Below, piece by piece: positions 1 through 11,738 of a DNA stretch of 64,000 bases. Made by a program: the position numbers and the translations under genes. This DNA is from Squalus acanthias (Eukaryota), in NCBI GenBank assembly GCA_030390025.1, contig CM059433.1:23438001-23502000 (forward strand). Reading direction: 5' to 3'. The notes below the pieces were generated by a model that ran no database searches, was not told where the DNA came from, and saw only the letters and a list, made by a program, of their open reading frames with translations. Each line of letters starts with the position of its first letter. The stretch's first letter is position 1.

Positions 1-43
1 AACAAGATGAGAAACTGACAGTAGGGAGAATTTGATAGAAAGG

Positions 44-155
44 AAGAGAGAACTTGCATTTATATAGCGCTTTTCACGACATAAGGAAGTCCCAAAGTGC
101 TTTGTGGCTAATGAAGTACTTTTGAATTGTAGTCACTGTTGAAATGTCAGAAATA
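44..155 (-). mobile_element. 3' end of Deu-domain SINE (SacSINE1/AmnSINE1-like)
   Basis: Reverse complement reads ...AAAAGCGCTATATAAATGCAAGTTCT. The same tail occurs in the copies at 15883-16105 and 44322-44750. Confidence 0.7.
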
Positions 156-1070
156 GACCAGTTATTAGTGCATGTTTTGGAGTACTCCAAAGAGTTTCAG
201 CTTTTCAAATGTACAGTACAACTGCAGCCAAACCAGCCTCAAGTTCAGATGTAATTACTGTGCGTGAGATGGAGAAACTCTAGCCCTTGAACAGCTCACC
301 TTGGCATTGGCTCAATGACCACAGATACCCTCTTCTTTGCTGGCAGTTGTCAAGCATTTGATGAGGTTGACTGCTCAAATAGAAGGAACATATAGGCAGC
401 CTCAAGTGCTAGTGTGGCTGCTGTCCCATGGCTGATCTTGCATAGGTTTCCAGCTTTCATTACAATTGCGCACCAAGCAGTACTAATCTGATAAGCTGTT
501 GCTCTCAAGGGATTGAACACAAAGAAAGTGAAGCCATTATCTAACACATGGCAAAAAAAATTAACGGTATCTTTTTTGATGATTATATGTCAAGAAATGT
601 ACTTGAACATTACACCAGTTACTCATTGCAATTTCATAACTGACTAGTTTATCTGTGTAATTATACTAACTTTTAATTCTGAAGGGATACCTGGCTGTGA
701 GGTGTTCATCTACTAATTATTAAATTTGCTATGTTGGGCGTAAATTTCATTTGAAACTCATTGCAAGTAGCTGTAGTACCTGTTACTGGGGGTGCTTTGA
801 TGTGTATTTTTCAATGATAAAAGTGCTACACTCTGTGACACACAATAGTTGCTATTTCACTGTTAGAGTATTTGCAATCACAGGGTGATAATCTGGCCAA
901 CGGGTTCCCATAAAACAGTTCAAAATACTTTCTGAAATGCTTTTTCATCCATCATTTCCTTTCTCAGCAATTAAAATTTCTAATATCCAAAAGCAAACAA
1001 AATTTAAAAAATTCTAAAAGTTACATATTTCACAATAGCACGATTACTTTATCCATTGAATTTTTTTACT

Positions 1071-1826
1071 GGGCCAAAAATTCGGCCCTTCCCGGGTGAG
1101 TACACAGTCCGTACTCACCCGTATTCATTCCCGAAGTGCCGGTTTCCTGCATGCACTGCACATGCACGGGAAACCGGAACATCCGGTCTGGTGAAGGGGG
1201 CGGTTCCTAGGTGAACCGCGTGCGCGGTAGAGGCTGCGCGCACGCAGCACACTTAGATTTTTTTTCAGGTTTCTACGGGAGGGTAAGTAGTGAACAACCT
1301 ACGCTTATAAAAAGGAGCCGTTTTCAACAAGGTAAGTGGTTAATTAAGTATAATTTTAAAAAAATTTCAACAGGTTTATCTTTTTTAGATACTTTAAAGA
1401 AAGGTAAGTTTATTTTTATCACTTTTAAAAAGTATTTTAATTTTTTCAAAAATTTAAATTTTTGTTTAAAGTGGTTAATTTATTTAACTATAGTTATTTT
1501 ATAAACGTGATGGTTTTTAAAAAAAATGTACTTTAAGTTTAGCTGTTCTTTTGGGGCCGATTTCAATTCACAGATTTGACAGGTCTCCTGTCAAATCTAT
1601 GAATGAAAGATGGTCTGCTGCCATTGGCTCTCCATGGCCCACGTGATCCCAGGGGATGCATCGCACTAACTGCGCCCCTGGGACACGCAAGCACTGAGCG
1701 CCGGCAGTTGGGAGAGGCCCAGGAGCTGAAGTTCCCGTGGGCCCAAAACACAACGGCAGGCGCGGTAGGTAAGTGCGCGCGCGATCCTTACCCCCGCGGC
1801 AAGCCGGAGAGGCGAATTTCAGGGCC
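1071..1826 (+). mobile_element. Non-autonomous PIF/Harbinger-type MITE (family 1)
   Basis: Imperfect TIRs GGGCCAAAAATTCG / CGAATTTCAGGGCC. 3-bp TSD ACT (1068-1070, 1827-1829). Internally similar to the copy at 27813-28513. Confidence 0.85.
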
Positions 1827-2020
1827 ACTATGTCTTTTAATGTCATCATTGAAGCTTTGACTTGAAGATCTAATCCTCTCTCAAAAACCTGGGATAAGAC
1901 TTAGCCCATAGTTGAGAGTTGAATTTGGATTGCGCAGTCTGAGAATGTACAATGTGTCTAATTTCCCAAGATACATTCGATCTCTTTCGCTAACTCCAAA
2001 GATGGGACTTGTTTTAGTTT

Positions 2021-3916
2021 TGTAAGGGATTCTCTCCTGACCCTGCGTGTCTCGTAGCCTGTGAGATTCACGCGGCTCTGTGCAGCCGGTATGTCAGTGC
2101 GGGTCTAGGCCTGGTCTCCAGCCAGTCTGGGAACACTAGACACCCCTGTGAGTGGTTCGAATCACTCTCCCTTACGGTTCTAGACACTGGACTTAGATGC
2201 GAGAGCAGTAATGGAGATAAAACTCATGTAGACTTGGTTTGAACGGTACGAAATGGAAAATCTTTATTGCATGATACTTAAAATTATGAAATACATGTCA
2301 TACGCACAGATTAATGACAGTACAATCTTACAAACAGTTATAATCACTCTTAGGGAAACGAGGAACGAACGGCACAACGTAAATAGGGCACACATTACAA
2401 ATATCCTTAATCTTTAAACCCTCCCCTATCAATATCTATCCTAAACTAGCTTCGTAGGATCTCGAGACTCATGCTCACCACTCGTAATAACTCGGAGAAA
2501 TCCCGAATAGCTGATCGGATGTTTTTCACCGCAGCGCCCACGTGTTGGTCAGGAGATCTCCTGGTCCTACTTGTTTACTGCTTCTGCTGCTCGGTCAGTC
2601 GGCTGGACCGTCCGCTGTAGTGAAGACCTCTGTTGGTTGGCTTCAAAGTATAATCGTGGAGCACCGTTGTCAATATCACTGATACGATGTGTTTGCACAG
2701 TCCAGTTATCATCGATGCAATATGTCTTGTTAAAGAAGAAAACTTCCTGTCGAGAAGACTTGGCTGATCGACCTACAGGCGCGGTCGGGATTTACTGACC
2801 GTGGCGATGGATAAGGTCTTCTTCTCTTCTCCTCTCATCTCATCTCATCTCATCTCGGGCCTTTGGTTCCGCTGCCAGTTACCAACATAGGTCTTCTTTA
2901 CGCGACACGAGGTAGATCCGAACGGATCAGAAAGTTCAACAGTCTTTTACACAGGAGCAGCCACGATGATAACAGCAGCAAGCGGCAAGAGTCAAGAACA
3001 CGAGGCAAGAGAGCGAATGGACGGTTTGGGGCCTGCAATTATAGTGCACAATTCTTCCGTTTCCCGCCCAACAATAATGTCCATTCTTTTGTTTAAGGTT
3101 TGGCGCCCAAATGTCTTGTATGGGTGATCTCCGTCCTTAATGGGTTTCGGGGCTACTCATGAATGTTTGAGTACCTGTTAATATTTCTCCCATTGTTAAA
3201 TCGGTCGGTGTTCCCCCTGGAGGGGTTTGGGGCTTCCAAGTGTCCTGTATAACTACCTGCTAACGGCTCTCTCATCGTAGAGCCGTTGGGAGTTTACATA
3301 TTAATGTCCTTTGGATGGGCCCTTGATGGCTTTCCTTTGTACCTGGGAGACCGATTCCAGTATCGATGTTTATACTGTAAACCCATAATGTCTCGGGTAT
3401 TATCTTCACTGTGCTGAATCGTTATCGATCCTGCAAAAATGTTTAATGGAACGCCATCTTGTCTGCCTGTTGAAAAGTCTAGAATGTTCTGTCACGCGGT
3501 GCGGCGGCCATTTTACAGGCTGCTTGTGTCCAATTTAAACCTGACAGCATTCTGCTGAAATAAAAGCTGTTTGAACGAAACTTTGTGTTTTCTCCTTATT
3601 AATCAAATCGCGATAATTGCGAATTCTACAGTTTCTACCACCTTCTACTCAGCTTTCCGAATAATTTTGAAAAACAGGGGGACAAATTTCAAAAGCTTTA
3701 CTGTGTTAAAATTTATATTGCGAATTTTTGTTAAAACAGAGGGGCTGTGTGTGTGCAGAGACAGAGACAATTGCAGTGTTCTGATAACACACCTTTGCAG
3801 CATTTGTTTTATGTTCTATAAACATTCAAAGGGTTATTTAACTGGCAGAGAAAAAGAGTGAGTACGTGAGAGAGAGCGGAGTCAGCAAGACGGAGAGAGA
3901 TGTTAAAAAATATATA
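2021..3916 (-). mobile_element. Probable solo retroviral LTR (about 1.9 kb)
   Basis: On the minus strand: GC box (3064-3069), ETS-like CGGAAG (3054-3059), TATAATT (3037-3043), AATAAA (2263-2268), ending ...CCCTTACA at 2021. GTTT flanks both sides (2017-2020, 3917-3920). The other terminus reads TA rather than TG, so that boundary is uncertain. Confidence 0.55.
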
Positions 3917-4076
3917 GTTTGTCTTTCTTGATTTAATGTTGCTTCAATCAAAAGAAACAGTTAAGTTTCGAAGCCAAATGAATGATTCACCTATATTTTG
4001 TTGACGGTTAGAAAAGGTTGTTTGAAGTTGTGAGACCGAGATTCTAATTTCTAACACCTGGGAGACAGGGTGAAAA

Positions 4077-5235
4077 GGGGCAATTTTAACCCTACCAGAC
4101 CGGCAGTTAAAGTCGGCAGAGTGACTTACCCACCAATGATCCACTTGGATCCAGCCATCTTCAATTTTAACCTGCTTTTCTGAGCAGGCGGTAAACCAGC
4201 GGGATGATGTCATCGAGCCCAATCTGCAATTTTAACTGTCGCAGGAGCCAGGAAGCCGTTGTGACTTTCTCACCACAGCACGAAGAGGGTCTGGAACCAG
4301 AAGAGACCCAAACAGTTATTTTTTAAAATTTTACTTGTGGGGCCAGAAGGAGTAGGAGGACCCCACGTGGAAAGTTTAGGCCTCCACTGCCCTGGTCTCC
4401 CTACCCTTCACTTCCCTCCTGCAAGATCCTCCTGAAATGGCTTCCCTGGGACTTAAGAACATAAGAATTAGGAGCAGGTGTAGGCCATTCGGCCCTTCGA
4501 CCCTGCTCCGCCATTCAATAAGATCATGGCTGATCATCGACCTCAACTCCACTTTCCCGCCTGATCCCCATATCCCTTGATTTTCCCTAGATTCCCTAGA
4601 GTCCAAAAATCTATCTATCTCAGCCTTGAATATACTCAACGGTTCAGCATCCACAGCCCTTTCAGGTAGAGAATTCCAAAGATTTACAACCCTCTGAGTG
4701 AAGAAATTCCTCCTCATCTCAGTCTTAAATGGCCGACCCCTTAACCTGAGACTATGCCCCCTAGTCCTAGACTCTCCAGCCAGAGGAAACAACCTCTTAG
4801 CATCTACCCTGTCAATCACCCTCAGTATCTTATATGTTTCAATGAGATCATCTCTCATTCTTCTAAACTCCAGAGAGTATAGGCCCAATCTACTCAATCT
4901 CTCCTCAGAGGACAACCCTCTCATCCCAGGGATCAACCTAGTAAACCTTTGTTGCACCGCCTCTAAGGCATATATGTCCTTGCTCAGATAAGGAGACCAA
5001 AACTGTGTACAGTACTCCAGGTGCAGTCTCACCAGAGCCCTGTACAATTGTACTAGCGACTTACCTATTTGCCAACGAACCTTCCTTTGGTGATGGTTGG
5101 CAGTCTCCTGCCACCTGAGCATCTGCTCACCGGCCAAATGCCACTTCCCCCCTCCCTTTCAGATGGGCAGCTGGAGGTTTGACACTCACCTTGTCTCCCC
5201 GCCAGCCTGAATTATGCTCCAAGTTAAAATTGGGG
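4077..5235. mobile_element. Probable non-autonomous DNA transposon interrupted by a CR1 fragment
   Basis: CAATTTTAAC ... GTTAAAATTG inverted termini. GC-rich interior resembles other Harbinger-type MITEs in the window. Confidence 0.4.
4454..5054 (-). mobile_element. CR1 LINE 3' fragment
   Basis: ORF 4376-5137 encodes the CR1 ORF2 C-terminus (LYRALVRLHLEYCTQFWSPYL..., RNFFTQRVVNLWNSLP). TTCTTATG-type tail. Confidence 0.95.
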
Positions 5236-5926
5236 ATAAAGAAACAAATAGAGAGAAAGGCAGACAGGTAGTTTCTTTCCCTATTTTAATTTGATTTCTT
5301 TTTTGTTAAAGTTGAACTTTGAAAGCAAATGGTGCGTCTTTGAGTGAAACAGATATGCACAGAGGATAGAAAGGGGAGGGGAGCAAGGAAATTGGCTCAG
5401 GATGAGGGGCGCTTGAGGGGAGAGGAGGAGAGTGGATGGAGGATTAAGGATGAGGAAGGGAGAGAACAGAGTGGTTGAGTGGGTAATTCGAAAGGTAGGA
5501 CGTGGGAGTAGTGACAGGAGTGAGGAGATGGTAGGAAGGGTAATGGGTAGAGGGAAGGGGAAGGTGTAGGGAATATGATGGGAGTAAGGGGGTGGGGGGA
5601 AAGCATGAGTGATTGGGGGGAGAGGATGGGAAGGAAGCTGCTGAAGGCTACATTTTCCCTGCAACTCCCATCTCAAAAGCAGCTACAGCTGTTGGTGGCT
5701 CCTTTCTCCATGACACCATAAAATACCAGTCACCATTTCCCACAAAGAGTAAGAAGAAAAGAAAAAGACAGAGGAAGAAGCAGATTAAGCTAGAGAGAGA
5801 AGCAAAAAGAGTTAAGGGGAGCGAAGCAGCAGAGAGGATGAAGAGAAGAGCAGAGGAGAGACATAAAGAAACAGCAACATAAAGACATCAGACACATCAG
5901 AAAGAGATCGTATTCTCCAACTTACT

Positions 5927-6061
5927 GGGGGTAATTTTGACTTTGTGTGATAGTGTAAAACGGGTAACTTCAATGGAAATAAAAATTGAGAAAGATGTCA
6001 AAAGGGCAGCCGGTTCACTATCACCCATTTTACACTATCACACAAAGGCAAAATGACCCCC
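5927..6061. mobile_element. 135-bp palindromic MITE
   Basis: About 40-bp TIRs GGGGGTAATTTTGACTTTGTGTGATAGTGTAAAA / TTTTACACTATCACACAAAGGCAAAATGACCCCC. TSD ACT (5924-5926, 6062-6064). Confidence 0.85.
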
Positions 6062-6102
6062 ACTGTGTGCAATGCCACAGAGATTGACTGGTTATATTCA
6101 GT

Positions 6103-6775
6103 GGGGTAGATTGTGTGTGTGACCACTGCTATCGAGCCAGAGGTGAGCAGGGTGAGCCCATTACCCACCCAATTGAAGTGGTCAAAGGCCCGAACCGTTT
6201 TCATGGTGGGGCCTCATTTAAAATAAATTTCGTGAGCTGCTAGCGCTGAATAAGCACTGATGGGCAACTCACCAATTGGAGGGATTGATAAATGTGGCAA
6301 CTCCTTTGTGCTGCCGAGTCGGTTGAAGTAAGTAAACGGAGGGATCTGAAGAAAGGGCCACAGAAGGTAGGGCAGCCTGGGGCCGGGGGGGTCAATTATT
6401 GCTCCTCAAGGCCACACATAACTCATTTTAAAAACTCACCTGTGACTGTGAAATTGTTGGACCTGACTCCAGCGGTCCCTTTAAGGACGACTGGCTAAGC
6501 TGCTCAATGCCAAGTACTGATGACTGGAACAAGCGTGGCACAGACTCCACCCATTGATACTTCAAGATTGCATGAGAGGCCTATTGAGATCATTGGTTTC
6601 TGATTTGCATTGGGCTAATGAGGAGCCCGCCTACTTCTGCAGGGCCACCCATATCGAGGCCCCGAAATGGCAAGGGCCGGCGCGGCAGCAGGAAGGAGCA
6701 GTAAGTGCTATGCTGGGATATTCGCCATGCTGCCGCCCCGATTCCACCGGCAGTGAAGGCAAAAAAATCAGCCCC
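6103..6775. mobile_element. Probable non-autonomous Harbinger-type element
   Basis: Termini GGGGTAGATT / AATCAGCCCC, non-coding GC-rich interior. Confidence 0.45.
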
Positions 6776-7338
6776 AATATTTCAACTTTAATGACACATG
6801 TGATTTGCCATTTCAATTCAATTTGGATTAAAATAGTGCTGATGTGCCCTGTGCATGTCCATTTGGCATCAGAAAGAATTCTTCTATTTTTTTTCCAATT
6901 GGTGGAGAAAAATGTATAACTTTTCAATATTTCTTCATTGCCTTAGTTGCAGCAGGCTTCATCTTCTGTTTCTTTTTAAAGGGCTAGAAATTCATTATAG
7001 CCCAGGAATGGGCGGTATCAGTAGAAAAGTTGGAGAATTAGCGCCAGGCGCTAATGTTTTAGACTGCACCCAAAATTCGTGCTGACTGCTCAAAAAATTG
7101 ATTGAAGTCCAAATTTAAGTCTTAAAGCCCAAGCTAATTGGCATTACACTCAAAGGGTGGACCAATATTGGGTGCAGTCTAATTGCAAGTCATGATTGCC
7201 AAAGGCTTTTTTCAGTACTTAAAGGGGAGGTTCATTGATGCTGAGGACCTCATTCTCAGTATTGCTGGCTGTGCACCTGCCTCAGCAAGCAGAAGCAGGA
7301 CAAGGAGAAGGAGTCGGAGGACTGAAGCAGCTGTACTC

Positions 7339-9014
7339 ATGGCCGATCCATGCCCCAGGGAGAGAGCCCGCAGATTCAGCGATCAAGCATCGGAGGGGTT
7401 GGTGTTTGCTATGGAGAGATGAACGGCGGTGCTCTACCCGGCAAGTGGCAGGAGGCCCTCGCCGCAAGTCTTCTGCGCCATGTGGAGGGAGGTAGCGCAG
7501 CATGTCTTGGGCAGCACTGTGCTCCCCAGAACCCACACACAGTGCAGCAGGAAATTTAACGACCTCACTCAGCTGGTCAGGGTGAGTGAATGCTTCAACA
7601 AATGCTACATACCAACACCTGAACCATAGTCTGCACACACTGCCCAAAGCACCACACCCCAGCACTCACCCACCAACAATCTCTACCTACCAACACTCAC
7701 ACCCACATCTCACACCTTGCACACAATGACAGCTATTCAACTATGGCAGGCACATCACCGGCGACGTTGACCCCCTTGGGACAATGGTATGTTCATCCCT
7801 ACTCCTTCTTCTCACATTCCAATTCCCCCTCACCCCACAAGCATGTCGCAATTTCCAGCTAATCATGCTGTATGCATGCATTTCTCCCTTCCTGCTGCCC
7901 TCCCCTCACCTTAACCTGACTCTTGTGCCTTTATGCTTTCAGATAATGAGCAAGCACCTGAGCAGCCTGTCCCTGAGGACACCGTAGAGAGTAAGGCAGG
8001 AGAAGAGGAGGAGGAATAACACATTGCGTCACTGCATGTCTCACCCGCAGGTACCAGCTCAGATACTTGGACTACGCGTTCTGTAGAGGCTAGTATAGTA
8101 GCAGGATCTGCACAGGTTGAGGAACCGGGGACGAGTGGGCTGCAGCAAGGCCAGGGGGAAAGGGTAGCTCGGGGGCCAGCTCCCCGGAGGACAAGTTCGC
8201 GAGTGAGTCCTGCTGCACAGGACTCAGATGAGGACCTCGATGGGGAGGCCTTTAGAAGAAGGGTGATGGGCATGCACATGGAGATGATAGGTGCAATGGC
8301 AAGGGTGCCCGAGAGCCTGTCGGCAATGGTAAGGAGCGTGGAGGAGTCCGCCTCCAACATTGCAGAAAGCAACATTGCGCACACCATGGAGCCCATCATT
8401 TCCAGTCTGGAAAGAATGGTAGACTCCCAGAGAGAACGTGGCGACCCAGACCTGAGGCCACGTGTGATGGACGATCTGGCAGCTTCCATAGCAGCACAGG
8501 CGGAAGCGATGCAATGTCTTAGTGCTGTAATGCAGTCTATGCTTGGTGGCATCCAATTTCAGACTGTTCTCATGCAGTCTCAGTTTGATGCCACGCAAGC
8601 TGTGACTGCTGCCATCGTGGCTGGGTCTACCACCGTCAACCAGGGCTTTCATGGTGTCGCAGCAGGCCAGCAATTTGTGCTGCAACAGATTGCTAGGGAT
8701 GCTGAGGTGTTGCCCCAGGGGCAGTGGCAGTGGGTCAGTAGAGCAGGAACCTGCTGTCCTCTCTCAGGATGACAGCATTCCTGCTCCCACCACTGACACT
8801 CCGCCATTGCCCTTGTCGCTGCCTGTCATCCAGCCAGCCCAGACTGCTGCCGCCCATGCTGAGGTGGTGCAATCTACTGCCGGGCCATCCAGACCCAGAG
8901 CTGGTTGAGGGCGTCCTGCAAGACCATCTGAAGACTCCCGCACGGACACTCAGCAGCCTTCCACTAGCCCTGCTGCAGCCACTGGGTCAACACTTCATAG
9001 GAGCACTAGAGTAG
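7339..9014 (+). pseudogene. Harbinger Myb/SANT-like DNA-binding protein gene (spliced, disrupted)
   Basis: Exon 7339-7581 MADPCPRERARRFSD...W.EVA...RTHTQCSRKFNDL ends AGG|GTGAGT and has one in-frame TGA. Downstream exon starts at acceptor TTTCAG (7942) and contains SAAQDSDED-type and coiled-coil-like segments. Confidence 0.8.
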
Positions 9015-9203
9015 GCACTGTAACGAGGGGCACTAAGGGATTGCACAAGGTTGAATAGTTAATATTTTTGTTGTAAATATGTGTTCTCTGATTTTTGATA
9101 AATTTATTAATTCAGTTTGGATTCTTTTGTGCTGTGTCTCATTTCAGCCTGTGATATGGCATGTGACAGGGATGTGGTGAGCAATGCGGATCTGGGGTTT
9201 AAT

Positions 9204-10406
9204 TCATTCGAACCGCAGTCTAATGAGGAGATTACAGACCACCCTTCCAGAAGGCCGATTGAGTGGCTGCCTCCTCTCTCGCTCCTGTTCCTCCTCTTCC
9301 TCGTCCTCCTCATCGTCCTCCTCATCTTCCTCTTCCTCTTCGTCCTCCTCCTCCGCTCCCTCTTCCACCTCCTGAGGTGGTCCCACAATCCCTGGTGGCA
9401 AGATCTGGCCCTCATGATGGCCAAGTTATGGAGCATGCAGCAGACCACCACGAAATTGGACACCCGCTCAGCCGAGTACTGGAGGGCTCCTCCCGAGCAG
9501 TCGAGGCAGTGGAACCGTTGCTTCAGCAGGCCGATGGTCTGCTCGATGATGTTCCTGGTGGTGGCATGGCTCTCATTATATGAGTGTTGGGCATGGGTGT
9601 TGGGGTTGCGGAGGGGAGTCATGAGCCAGGTGGAGAGTGGATAACCCTTGTCTCCGAGCAACCAGCCTCGAGCTTGACGTGGTGGTTGGAAGAGTGCTGG
9701 CACACTGGTCTGGCACAGGATGAAGGCATCGTGGCTGCTGCCAGGATAGCAGGCATTCACATTTAGGATTCGTTGCCTGTGGTCGCACACCAACTGCACA
9801 TTAAGTGAGTGGTAGTCTTTGTGGCTACGGAAGATCTCAGGATTGTTATGCGATGCCCACAAAGCCACGTGGGTACAGTCAATGGCGCCCTGCACCATGA
9901 GGAATCCCGCTATCCTGGCAAAGCCACATGCACGCTCGTCCTGCTTCTCTCTGGTGATGGGAAAGGAAATGTAGTCCCTTCTCCTACTGTAGAGAGCCTC
10001 TGTGACATCCCGGATACAGCGATGGATGGCGAACTGAGAGATGTTAGCTATGTCTCCTGTTGCAGATTGGAAGGATCCACTAGCGAAGAAATTGAGGGCG
10101 ACGGTGACCTTGACTGCCACTGAGAGAGCCGTGGTCGCCCTGATCTGAGGCTGCAGGTCTGGTTGCAGGAGGTGGCAGAGTTCTGTGACCACTGCCCTGG
10201 TGAAGTGGAGCCTTCTAATACACTGCTCCTCACTTAATTGGAGGTAGAAGTGCTGTCAGAATACCCTCGGAGGGTAAGGCCTCCTGTTGAGAGCCCTGAT
10301 GGCCCTCCTCCTCCCTCTGGGCACATGTTCCAGTCTTTCTCGCTGCCTCTGCTCCCTCCTGCCGTAGATCCTGGAGGGCCAGGTCAACTGCCAGTACAGC
10401 CCCCAT
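9204..10406 (-). pseudogene. Harbinger (HARBI1-like) DDE transposase, frameshifted
   Basis: Motifs [68 protein letters not shown], plus an acidic tail. Confidence 0.95.
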
Positions 10407-10922
10407 TAATGTAACCAAGTGTAGCAGTTTGATTCTTTTAAGAATAAATGTAGCTACTTTTTAGTTGCTACGACACACTCCTCATACAAAATAACCTTGA
10501 AATTACTGAATTAAACTGTTGGACTATGTGAAACTGAAAAGAAACCACTGAAACTCTACTAACCATAACAGCTGCGAGTCATTACTGATGATCCCTTTAA
10601 ATAATGTCCCTGGAGCCAGCTTCCTGGTGCTGCACACCAGCTCTCCCTGTCACTGTTTACTCCAGGCGCTCAGGTAGGTGGCGACAATCAATTTCGCAAA
10701 TTGGGCACTCAGTGAGCGTTGCACACTCACTGATGTCTCGATCCACCTGGCATTGAGGCTCCCAGCAATAACTGTTAGCAGTGGCATTACGGGGGAGCGG
10801 GATTTGGCATGCAGTGCTAGATTCACCTCGCCCTGGCAATAATGCTCTAGCGCCCCATTAGCGCCATCTGCTGGCACTAATGGGAGGTGCTAAGGTACCG
10901 AATTTTCCCCATTTAACTCTTG

Positions 10923-11738
10923 GGGGGTGATTTTACCAATGGGGATGTGATGGAGGCGGGATTGTTGCTTGTCAGGTTTTAGTCCCACCTCCATCGACGT
11001 CCGGCCAACCCACGCTATTTTCCCTTGATTAACCTTGTTAAGCCCGCCCAGCGGGCTTAGCAGGCCAATTAAGGGAAAGCCGGTGACGTCAGCGAGTGAC
11101 GTTTCATATGTCAAGAGCTTTTGACAGATGAATTGTCATCGTTTGAGAGCTCTGTGACGCTGTCAAGCACCGACAATCTGTCTTCTAAGTTGAGACCTGG
11201 GACACAGGCTCACTTAGAGATCTATCCTGAGCAGAAAGCAGAAGGCTGATGCATTTGAGAATGCAGCGGCCATTCTGCTTTCTCTGCCGGTGAGATGAGG
11301 GACTCCCGAGACCTGAAGGGTTGAAGCCTGGAGGAAGAAGCAAAGGTAAGTAAAGCTTTTAAAACACTTAAGACTCACCTCGCACACTTACCTCTGCACA
11401 CGTGCACTCATCACTCACCTGCACACCAGACATCTCAGCCCCTCCGACCCCCACAGACCCACGGCTCGCCTCGCTGACCCTGGCGAGGTTCGGAGCTGTC
11501 GGGAAGCCCACACTTTAGGGTTCAAAATAGGGATTATCGAAAAAACTGCCTGTTAATTGGCACTAATCCCCTTCCCGCCTCGAGGAGGTGGCTCCCAGCG
11601 CGGGTCGGGTACCCGCCTCCTGGGAAGATGGCACGGAGGCGGGTTGGGGGCGGGATGGGTACCCGCCCCCAGATTCTGCCATTTTCCCAGCAGTCCCACC
11701 TCCATACCCACCTCCCCAGGGCTGGCAAAATCGCCCCC
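10923..11738. mobile_element. Non-autonomous Harbinger-type MITE (family 2)
   Basis: TIRs GGGGGTGATTTT / AAAATCGCCCCC. Interior similar to 52899-53703. Confidence 0.7.

Larger units (their letters stand above)
6981..10910. mobile_element. PIF/Harbinger DNA transposon copy A (decayed, two convergent genes)
   Basis: Degenerate TIRs GGGCTAGAAATTC / GAATTTTCCCC. Myb/SANT gene on plus and DDE transposase on minus, arranged tail to tail. Confidence 0.9.

Noticed and set aside
2150..2167. GGTTCGAATC B-box/T-loop-like motif suggesting a tRNA
   Set aside because: No cloverleaf or A box around it. It is a short palindrome within the probable LTR U5.
3101..3110. TGGCGCCCAA resembling a tRNA-Lys PBS
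   Set aside because: Only 10 nt match, it does not follow an LTR CA end, and it lies inside a minus-strand U3 region.
5281..5882. Pro/Leu-rich and Lys/Arg/Glu-rich ORFs (also 43414-43853)
   Set aside because: Low-complexity GA-rich DNA with no domain signal.
9107..10192. 361-aa ORF as the domesticated host gene HARBI1
   Set aside because: It sits within TIRs next to a Myb partner, has frameshifts at both ends, and paralogous decayed copies occur in the window.
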